Shown one piece after another: positions 1 to 11,400 of a stretch of DNA of 64,000 nucleotides (positions are counted from its first letter, which is position 1; every line of letters begins with the position of its first letter). Source of the stretch: Octopus sinensis (taxonomy: Eukaryota); assembly GCF_006345805.1 (NCBI RefSeq), contig NC_043014.1:33170001-33234000 (forward strand), given 5' to 3'. The notes beneath the pieces are model-generated. The model was not told the DNA's origin and did not search any database. It saw nothing but the letters and a program-made list of their open reading frames with translations. The translations under genes and the position numbers were made by a program.

Positions 1-320
1 CTATGGTAATTGGTAATGGTTTAGAGATGACGGAGCTTATTTTAAGACAAGTTTTGGGTTGAGATCATCATCTTTTTATCTTTTGCTTGTTTCAGTCATT
101 AGACTGCAGCCATGCTGGGGCACCACCTTGAAAAACTTTTAATCAAATTTAAAACTTACACATTTAGAATTCCATTTCTCATTATAATCATTTTCTTTGT
201 CCTTTTGGGCCTCTCTGTTTCACCTCCATTTACCTAACTAGGCAATAGGTACTGGAGGTGGAGTGAAGTAAATTATTTGCACCCAGGAGCAGCAATAGAT
301 ATCCCTCTTCACATGTTTAA

Positions 321-536
321 CCCTTTAGCATTCAGATTATTCTATCATATGTAATGTTTATTTATTCACATTGTTTTGAATTAATCATACATTATCTAGT
401 AGCTTTCAGATTTTGATGAGGTAACTGTTAATTTTTAGAATGATATTGTAGAGTTGGTGTAAGAGGCCAAATCTGGCCAGTTTGAACATAAAACAGAATA
501 TTTTGGCCAGATATGGCTGGTTTAAATGCTAAAGGG
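321..536. mobile_element. piggyBac-type MITE (TTAA-CCCTTTAGCATT...AATGCTAAAGGG); further copies near 3177-3380, 4888-5099, 34347-34558, 61130-61580
   Basis: CCC/GGG-ended TIRs next to TTAA; recurs through the window at about 215 bp. Confidence 0.7.
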
Positions 537-1023
537 TTTGATGTAAATTAAAACTTTCCAATAAAATTTCATGTTAATAACCATTTGATGTTTAAAAAAT
601 CCTTTTGATCAATGTTGTTTTAGCCATGGCCATTTTTTTTTTAGTTTTTTTTTTTTAAGATTTCATGTGTCTAATGAGGGTAGGGTATAATTTGAGGGAG
701 ATTTGACTGATTTCTAGCAGGTTAAGCAACAACATAGACCTCCATATTGCTAGATATGAAGTATTTAACACTGTTGTTGTTTAACCCCCGAAGTCAATAG
801 ATCTCTGAAATGCATTCCAGCCATAATCTCATTATCCAACGTATTATTTCCTTAGACAGTGAGGATGTGATTTGAGAGAGATATGGCTGCTATTTTAACC
901 ATGTAGAAGCACCTTCATGTGATTGTGGTAAGATTCGTGGTGATGGAGAAGGTGAGATGGGAGGTAAGACCCTGAATGTTGCTAAAGATTTTTTTAACCC
1001 TTCTCTCTTAATTTCTGTTACAG

Positions 1024-1133
1024 GCTGCAGACACATTGGCTGTACGACAGAAACGACGGATATACGACATCACAAATGTTTTAGAAGGAATCGGGTTAAT
1101 AGAAAAGAAATCAAAAAACAGTATCCAGTGGAA
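1024..1133 (+). CDS. E2F4: E2F copy A exon 2 (DNA-binding domain, second half)
   Basis: ttacAG|GCT GCA GAC...TGG AA|GTAATT; 110 nt; [37 protein letters not shown], matching the E2F4/5 DBD sequence as I recall it. Confidence 0.97.
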
Positions 1134-1722
1134 GTAATTTTTTTTTTTTGATTTTAAATAAGTATGGTAGATGCAGGTGTAGCCGTGCAGTTAAGAACCT
1201 TGCTCCATAAACATTCTAGCTCATTCAGTTCCTTGGGTGTCTTCTACTCATGCCCTGGGCCAACCAAAGCCTTGTGAGTGGATTTGGTGGACAGAAACTG
1301 AAAGAAACCCTTTGTATGTGTGTGTGTATGTATGTATGTATGTATATAAATTTTTTGTGTCATTTGTACTCAGTGTAAGTCAGACCTATTAATATAAATA
1401 TCTCTATATTAATACACCTGAAAGTTTCTACCCTTTGCTTTCTCTTGTTTTGCATATATACATATTTTGTATTTGATGAATTTAATATATTTAGTGTGTG
1501 TAATTCAGTGTTTCTCAACCAGGGTTCTGCAAAAGGTTCCTAGGGGCTCCGCGAGAAAGCGTGAGATAAGCTAATGCTAATTTCATGATCGTAATATTAC
1601 TATACATGTACAACATATTGTTGGTTATTGTAATATAGACATCATCTTGTCTAACCTATTATCAAAAAAATATGACAACCATTGGGGATATATTTAGTGA
1701 TGTCAGTAATTTATGGACACCC

Positions 1723-1754
<32 letters not shown>

Positions 1755-4700
1755 GATATTTACTATGTGAACTATGTTGAAAAAATATGAGAAAGATATG
1801 GTATATCATTTTTTTTTGTGCTGGGGTTCTGTGAGACATTTTAAGGGTTACGCAAGGGTAAAAAGGTTGAGAAACACTGGTCTAATTTGTCTATCTGCAT
1901 AATTGCCTATATATATATATATATATACACACACACTATTGCTAAATTTTATTACTTTTAAAGGCACATAAAAAATACCCACTACACTCTCGGAGTGGTT
2001 GGCATTAGGAAGGGCATCCAGCTGTAGAAACTCTGCTAGATCAAGATTGGGGCCTGGTGCAGCCATCTGGTTCGCCAGCCCTCAGTCAAAATCGCCCAAC
2101 CCATGCTAGCATGGAAAGCAGACGTTAAATGATGATATATATATATATATATATATAATTAATCTAAGCAGCTAGGTGCAGTGTGATACCATAAAGGAAA
2201 AATTCAATCATTAAGTGTGATTAAACATGTCTATATATATATATATATATGTTGTGTGTTTGTCTATATGTACCTGGGTCTTGACATTATATGACAGGTG
2301 TAAATCAGTCTTCTGTGAAACACATCTGGCCATAGCAGAATATTACCATGCTTGGAAAAAAAAAGTGAAGGTTGGTGGCATTAAGGGCATGCAGTTTTAG
2401 AAAATCTGCCTCAAGGAATTCTGTCTAACCCATACAAGCAAGGAAAAGTGAATGTAAAAATGATGAAGCAATGGCAATGGTTTAGAGATGTTGGAGCTTA
2501 TTTTAAGACAAGTTTTTGGGTTGAGATCATCATCTTTTTATCTTTCGCTTGTTTCAGTCATTAGACTGCAGCCAAGCTGGGACACCACTTAAAGGAATTT
2601 TAATCAAACTAGCAGTATAGCCAAGCGATGCTCGGGCTTGTTTTCTTTTCGACCCTTTAGAATTGGAATCTTTGAAAAGTAAAAATTTTGCATTATGTAG
2701 CTTCTTATTCTCTTTAAGTGAACATTTTTCTGGTTGAAATACACCGAAAAATGGTGACACAGCAGTAAAAAAAATCGTAAAAATAGAGATTTTCATAGAA
2801 AAAAGCACCTTTTTGATGTAAATAATTTTTGGTGTTAACATGGTCCAATTTGAATTTTTTCTTCTACGTAATAAAGAGCAAGCCTTCTTCTATCATGCTC
2901 TCAATTTTGGTCAACTTGCGCCTAGGGTCTCGGAGGAGATAATGTTAATTGGGGGCTACCAAACCTGCCATACACAGACAACTTCAGCTTTATATATAGA
3001 GAGATTTAAAACTTACACTTTTAGAATTCCATTTCTCATTATAAGCATTTTCATTATCCTTTTGGGCCTCTCTGTTTCACCTCCATTTACCTAACTAGGC
3101 AATAGGTACTGGAGGTGGAGTGAAGTAAATTATTTGCATCCAGGAGCAGTAATAGATATCTTTCTTCACATGTTTAACCCTTTAGCATTCAGATTATTCT
3201 ATCATATGTAATGTTTATTTATTCACATTGTTTTGAATTAATCATACATTATCTCATAGCTTTGAGATTTCATTGATGTGTACAATGACACTCTAGATTA
3301 GATGTGAAAAGCTGTACATGGCCAGTTTTAACATAAAGCGAGGAGGAGATTTGGGCTGGATGTGTCCAGTTTAACTGCAAAAGTGTTATAATGTTGTCGT
3401 GCTATTGAAGTCTTAATATTAGTCCTGTTTTAATACATACTCTCTTTCTCAGAGGAGCAGGTCCAGGCTGCACTTCCAAGGAAATATCCAATCGGCTTTC
3501 AATTTTAAAGAACGAAACTTCCAGGTTGGACCAGCAGGAGAAGGCCCTCGACTCTCATAAGAGCTGTATACAACAAAGTATTAAAAATATCACTGAAGAA
3601 GCATCCAACAGTAAATATCATTTTTTTGTTTTTGTTTTGTTTGGTAATCTGATGGACATGTTATTGTTTTGTGTGGTGGGTGTTTGTGGATTGGATTTTG
3701 AGCACTTGGTGTTAACAGGGAAACGAAAAGAAAGAAGCTGCTAAGAAAGAGAGAGAAGATATGCAATGGCTTTACCAGCTGGAATCAGAGAGACTAGCTC
3801 AATAACATGTGTGATAGCATGTGTGATAAGAGAGAAGGAGCTCCATGGTTGCTGATTGGCTGTAGGCATGGCACAGAAAAAATTGTGTTTATAATAGTGA
3901 TGAGGTGTGAGAAGGACAGAGGTGATTACTGCATTGCCTCAAATCAGCCCTGATTAAGAAAATCCAGTCAAAGGTGTTTCAGTTTTGACTATCCCATTTT
4001 TTTTGTATTTTCAAGATTACTTTATCCAACATGTTCTTTTTTTTTTTTTTTTTTTTTTTTCAAGATGGTAAAGTGTTTTGTGAAGCAGTTTTGGTCAAAT
4101 AATCATAGATTCCCTCAGTGATTTGTGTATATATGTATGTTTATACAGTAGCTACAATATAGTAATCATCATCATCATCATCCAGTGTTTTAAATCTAGG
4201 TTTTGTTCCTGTTAACAGGGATGGCTGGATCTACCTCAATGCCATAGCAACTGAGGTAGGTAGGTGCAACCCACCCCAAACTTTGGGCTGGCTGGTGCCC
4301 ATTCTCCTTTGCTATCATGAGGCTTTCTTAGAGCTGGATTTTCTTCAGGGAGCATGCCCTTGCTTACCCCCAACCTCAGTATCTAGACTTGAGTGGTCCC
4401 GAGACTGAGGCCTCTACCACGATTTTTAAAGAATGTGGTGGTAAACTAGCTCAGGAAGGTAGGGATGCTACTCCCTGAGACCCCTTTCAGAGCTCCCCTC
4501 CCTACCTATAATGAATGTGAGAAAAACTGCTTTATGGTACTGGAAGCATCTACTCCAGGCAAATTGTAGCATCCCAATGCTTTCCACTTACTCAGCCTGT
4601 GCTGAGCCTTGAACTATCAAATGGACTGACTGAGTCACCAACGATGAAGTCTTGCTTGATTCATGCCCCAACACCAAGCCTTCTCATCTTACTTTGATAA

Positions 4701-7700
4701 TGATGCCTTTGGTAGTTGGGCCACATATGCTACATGTTAGATAAGAGGATCTTAAAGACTTGCTGTACAAGTAACTGACCTCCAGTAAGCGAACATAGAG
4801 ACAACATGTCCTCTCTATATGAACATTGAAAGGTGGGAAGACATTGTTAGTGATCTTGTTGTAGACTGGAACTAAACAAGGGTTTAAGCCTTTAGTGTTC
4901 AGATTATTCTGCCACTTATTAATTCATATTGTTTTGAACTAATCAAGCATTATCTTGTCACTTCAGGATTTTGATAATGTGGTCGTTTATTATTAGAATG
5001 ACATTATAGAGTAAATGGGGGAGGCCAGATCTGTCCAGTTTGAACATAAAACAGGTGGAATAATTTGGCCAGATTATGGCTGGTTCAAATGCTAAAGGGT
5101 TAAAAACAAGAACAGAAGCCAAAGCTTGCCAAACAAAACCAGGAAAATAGCACCAGGACAATACTTATTTCTTTATTGCCCACAAGGGGCTAAACATAGA
5201 GGGGACAAACAAGGACAGACAAAGGGATTAAGTCGATTATATTGACTCCAGTACGCAACTGGTACTTAATTTATCGACCCTTGCCAAAGCTGACTTTGTT
5301 TACCATTGTTCTGCTGCCAAAATGGACTTTATTTTCTTTCCTTCCATGGTTAATATACCAGTCTTGTACTAGAGTCAAATTTATAATGGCTTCATCTTTT
5401 TTCACAAGAAATTCATGGCCTTATTCCTATTTTAGAAGTCATTATTTTTGACAGGTTTTGTTGATATAATGTTAGGACATCTATCATGTGAGTTTGTGGC
5501 AGCCAGAAACTTTTATAGGCAGTGAACTGGCAGAATTGTTGTGCAAGACAAAATAGCTAAGCAACAATTTTTCTGGCTTTACATTCTGAGTTCAAATTTC
5601 ATCAAGGTCAGCTTTGTGTTTCATCCCTCAGGATCAATAAAGTAACAGTTGATCACTAGGGTTGATGTAATTGACTAACCCCTACTCACTAAAACTACTG
5701 GCTTTGTGATAAAGTTTGAAACCATTATTATTAAAGTGGCGAGCTGGCAGAATTGTTAGCACACTGGGCAAAATGCTTAGCGACATTCTGAGTTCAAATT
5801 CTGCCAAGGTCGACTTTGCCTTACATCCTTTCAGGGTTGATGAAATAAGTACCAGTTATGCACTGGGGTTGATGTAATTGACTAACCCCGTCTCTCAAAG
5901 TTTCAGGCCTTGTGCCTATAGCAGAAAGGCTTATTATTATAAAATATTAAAGCAAACTCTACTTCAATGTTCTTTTACAGATACCAAGATGGCCTATGTA
6001 AGTTATGAAGATGTTTGTAGTGTTTTTCCTGGGAGTATCTTGTTATCTGTACAGGCACCATCAGGGACACAACTTGGAGTACCACTGCCAGAAATAGTAA
6101 GTGGCAAAAATTCTTATTGTGTAAATGTCTTAAGGTGAGTTGTGTTACCACAATACTACAATTATAATTTTTCTGGGTACTAGTTGGGGGGGGGTAAATT
6201 TTTTAAGGAAAATTTCACTTCAGCATGATCAAATAAGTCACTGTTATTGGCATGTGGATTGACTTATAAGATACTGAGTAGGTTGGTTGATGTTTCAGTG
6301 TTAGCAATCTGTAATCATTTGTATTTAGGGGCACATTATAGATGTAGGCATGACTGTGTAGTTAAAATGTTTGCTTTGTTCTCTTGTGTCAAGTGTTCAA
6401 GCCTGGTGCATGGCACAATGGCCAAGTGTCTTCTACCATAACTTTGAGTTATTTCAAACCTTGTTAGTGAAGGTGGATAAAAAAATGTGGAAGCTCATTA
6501 AATGGTTTGTGCCTATTTTGAAGTAGTATATACTTAAACTGTTGCATGAGTTAACACCACATACACTCACCACCATTGAATGCTTTTAATGGAGTACACT
6601 GTTTTATATCCCTTATCTGAGGATAACAAGCTTCCTTCTTAGTCATAGGAGACCTTTGTAAAAAAAAAAAAATTATGGCTATATAATGTTTATAAATATT
6701 GTCATAGGCATGGGTGTAGCTCTGTGGTAAGAAGCTTGCTTCCCAACCACATAGTTCCAGTTTCAGTCCCACTGCAGGGCACCTTGAGCAAGTGTCTTTT
6801 ATAGCCTCGGGCTGGCCAAAGCCTTGGCGTGGATTTGGTAGACGGACACTGAAAGAAGCCCATTGTGTGTGTGTGTGTGTGTATATAATATATATATATA
6901 AATAGTATGTGTATCTTTGTGTTTGTCTTTCACCACCACTTGACAACCGGTGTCAGTGTGTTTATGTCCCCATAACTTAGTGGTTTGACAAAAGAGACTG
7001 ATAGAATAAGTACTGGGGTCAGTTCATTCTTCTAAAAATTCTTCAGTGCAGTGCCCCAGCATGGCTGCAGTCTAATGACTGAAACATGTAAAAGATAAAT
7101 TTATTTTCAAGGAACAATTTTTGTAGATAGAAAATTTAATGGATTTATGCCTGATTTTCTGAAATGAGATATCTCTAAAACAGTTTGAATTTCTGATCTT
7201 CTGATCATTGGTTATTATCTTATGTGCCTCTGTTCTTTAAACTATTTTCTTAGCTTCATTCACCAGTCATCAAATACCTTATTTCTTCATGCATAACATA
7301 ATATTAGGCTGAGGTCTTGAACATGCCCCTCCCCTTATTTCTAATGCAGAAACGCAATGCTATTTACTGCCCTGATGGATTTAAATTTCTCATTTTAAAG
7401 TATCTTGCATGCACACATACACACACATGTACTTTTGCCTTACAGACCTTTGTAATTTCTCTTTTACTCAGGTGAACCCTCATAAACATTTAATGTTTAA
7501 AATAGTTCCTATTGTATTTTTATAATTAAATATTAGGAATTGTATAAAATATTAAAATATTTTGTGCATTGTAGAAATATAATCAACTTATTGCACAAAT
7601 TTTAACAAAATCTTTTGTGGACCCCAGTTGAGAACTACTGATGTAAATTAAACAAATATTGTATTTAATTAATAATCATATGAAACATAGCTACATGTAC

Positions 7701-8403
7701 ATTGATGTAAATTAATGTGGGTTATAAGAGGTTTTGGATCATCAGTGTTTAGACAGTCTTGATCATAAATATTTGACTTAGTTTCCATACACACACTCTT
7801 TCTCTCTCCCCACCCCTCTCTTTTATTTACAATGCTGGAGTTATGAGAAGATTATGTCTGAAGAAAATATTTGTTCAAAGTGCCATAAAGTGAGATTAAC
7901 TTAGGGATGTCATAATTGCAAAGTGAACTGCTTAACCATTTGCTCATGGCGCACACAGAGATACATACAACAGAGCTGTTGAAGATTTTCATGAAAGTAA
8001 AGATTCCCTTTGGTCATGAATGACCTGGGATTGCACTTAGAAAGTTCCCCTCCAAGGCACAAGTCCAGGCAAGGTTGTTTATGGAAGACCAGCAGTCACC
8101 CATGCATACCAGCCTCCCCTCTCCATGCAACCAGTGTTATCCAAGGGAAAGGCAAAGGCCTATACAATTTGGTACCCGTGACATTGCGACTCATTTCTAC
8201 AACTGAGTGAACTGGAGCAATGTGAAATAAAGTGTCTTGCTCAAGAACACAATACACTTCCTGGTCCAGGAATCGAACTAACTATCGCATGATTGTGAGT
8301 CTGATTTTCTAACCACTGAGCCATGTGCCTTCATGAAATACACCTATCAGAATGCATTTCAGGACAGAAGAATACATGATAGAGTTAATATGAATGCATT
8401 TAT

Positions 8404-8439
<36 letters not shown>

Positions 8440-11400
8440 TTGTTGAAGAAACATGTTCTTTGTCTATCTACTTATCCTCTTTGTGATTTTGGATAATAAG
8501 AAAACTATACAAATGAGTCCTTCGAATTTAACTAAATTCTATATTTTAATGCAGCTGAAGATTGCTCTACATTTTAAAATTTATGTAATATTTGCATTGT
8601 TCAATTAAATGGAGTCGCATGAAACGATCGTACTGCATTATCTCTGGATATCCTTGTTGCTTATTTTGATTACATATATATATATATATATACACACATA
8701 CATACATACATACAGGGTGTCCCAGAAGTTGCACACCATCCTGGTTTTTTAAAAGAATACACCTTTATTGATTTCAAAAACACTTTATTGAAATTAATCG
8801 TAACAAATGCTCAAATTGAGCACCCTCTACAATAAAACATGCAGAATAAAATGTAATAAAATAAAATGCTTTAATTATTTTATATGTAAACCAGAATGGT
8901 GCACGACTTCTGGGACACCCTGTATATATATATATATATATATGAGCTAGACATTTTAAAGAATCCCATCATAGAAAATGCTGTGCAAAAAAACATGAAG
9001 TAGGATTACACACACATAAACCACCTCTGGGAATTTCTTTGACATGTGCTTGTCAAGGTACTTTTGTGAGAGAAAATTGCTTTTATTTGCCGTCCCTTTA
9101 CAGGTTACCATGAACATTTTTGTTAATCCACTTGTGGGACATAAAGGCACAAGCTGAGCAACGTTTTTAATGGAAACCCAGCAGATACCCATGCATTCAA
9201 GTTACTCCTGATCCCTTGCATTCAAGTTACTCCTGTATACACCACATACACTGTCCAAGGGAATAGCAAGGGCCAGTACAATTTGGCACCAGTGTCAGCA
9301 CAACCATTGCAGAAAGAATCCAAAGATCCAGAACAAATACCAGAAGGCATCCAACATTGACTATTCTCTCAATAAAGAGAAAGCTGACCTTGGGATTTAC
9401 ACCAAGGGTGCTGAACCTGAACAAATACGACAGTGTCTCTGGCAATTTGTTCTCTCTTTCATTCCTGCTCTCATTTCCTCTCTCTCTCAGTTTACCCACT
9501 TTCCAATCTCTGGTCCACTCTACTATATACACCACCTTGTAACTTGGGTGTATGATCCCTGTCTCTTCTCTTGTCACATCTACACCATTTTTCTTTCCTC
9601 GCTCCCTCTCTTCTCCATCTGAAGAAGCCATGCCTGACACCTTTCTGTCCTTCAGTACAATTCCCTCCACCCATTTGAGGAATCTTGTCCTGCAAGTTAC
9701 TTGGTGACTTCACTGTTGCTGGTGCTGTGTAAAAAGCACCCAGTACACTTTGTAAATTGGGTGGTGTTAGGAAGCGTATCCAACTGTAAAGAGTTTGGTG
9801 TAATCTTTTGGTTTGCCTGTTCTTTGTCAAACCATCTCAACCTATGCAAGCATGGAAAACTGGGCAGTAAATAATGATGATTCTGATGGTTCCCTCCCTC
9901 ATTTTCTCTCTCATAATCACAAGCACACATGCATACACACATCTAATGGAAATTTTAATTTTCTTTTTATATCTATTTGTCCATCTCATTTTTGTAGAGT
10001 CTGGCATTAAAAGCAATATCTTTATATTTTTTTTAATTATTTTTTTTTTAGGGCCCAGGTGTCTTAAGGAAGTACCAAATCCATTTGAAGAGTACGTCTG
10101 GTCCCATCAATGTAATGCTGGTGAATAAAGATACAGACACTTCAATTCCTGAAGTTGTCCAAGTTCCACCATACCATGATGATAAGAAGATGGAGATATC
10201 CCAGAAACAGATGTTGATACCTGCTGTCAACAGTGTGAAGTCTCCCTTAAAGACTCCACACAAACAGCTAAGAAAGGTATATCTTTGCGTTTTAAGAAAT
10301 TTAGAAAAGCTTTTAGACTTTGTGCACATTCATAGGTAATAGGAGTGGCTGTGTGGTAAGTAGCTTGCTTACCAATCACATGGGTCTGGGTTCAGTTTCG
10401 CTGTAAGTGGAACCCCCTCCTTTTTTGATAACAAATACTCCAGTTCAATTAATAAATTTTTTTTATTCCTTTTGTGTGAGTATTCCACTGGCATTTGTGC
10501 CTGTAACTTATTTTTCAGACAGAATCTGTGTAACACTGTTGTGGGACAAGGTGACCATTTGAATTACATTTGGTCATAGACATCTATCTATCCGCTCAGT
10601 CGAAGTCGACTCTCGGTTACTCGATGGATCAGTGTCCTCCAGTCAGTTCTATCCTGGGCCGCTTCTTTCAGATTGGCTATGTCCATTCCGGTATCACTCT
10701 TGATGGTGTCAAGCCAGCGGGTTCTTGGTCGGCCTCTTCCTCTCTTAGCCCGGGGGTCCCACTGTTTGGTACCATCATATTAGAATTCTTACACTTTTGA
10801 TCCATAGAGTATATTGGCCTGGTCTTTCCCCAGGCCAGAGCCGTTTAGCCAGCATACTTACCATATGCCGTTGCCAACCCCAGCACCACGGTTAGGAGAA
10901 CGGTTGGGCTTTGGAAGGGGGTTCTTAGACATATTAATACATATATACATGCAGACCTGCATACACACACTCTTTACATGGCACCAGCACAGATTTTATA
11001 GACTAATCCTCTTCATTAGGGAGAGCAGCATAAATACTTACACTGTGGAGGATGGGTTTTCTTGAGTACAGCAAGATACCAGATCCTTGGCCTTTGTCAC
11101 CTCTAAGGTTCAGTGCCCTGAGATCATCCTTTGTCCCATGTCTTCCTGGGTCTTCTCACACAAGTAGAAGGAATGAAATAAGTAAATAAATAAATGTCTA
11201 AGTAAAACCTACTAATTGGAAATAGAATCATGTGATGTCATTACAATTAACTGTTTTTTTTCTTGTCCTCACCCTCCTATTATTTTTCAGAAATCTCCTC
11301 TGAAAACACCTCTTTCACCTGTGAACCGAATGACCACACGATCATCACCACGCAAAATGTCTCAACCCTATACGAATATATTACGTATGTTATCTTCGAG

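Noticed and set aside
957-1151. ORF-track proteins 957-1151 and 59888-60220, which resemble each other
   Set aside because: Wrong-frame translations across the two E2F exon 2 copies; the real frame starts after the AG acceptor.
6551-6946. Many 60-145 aa ORFs with YIYIY/THTH runs or ...[15 protein letters not shown] ends
   Set aside because: Translations of microsatellites and SINE bodies, recurring wherever the repeat occurs.
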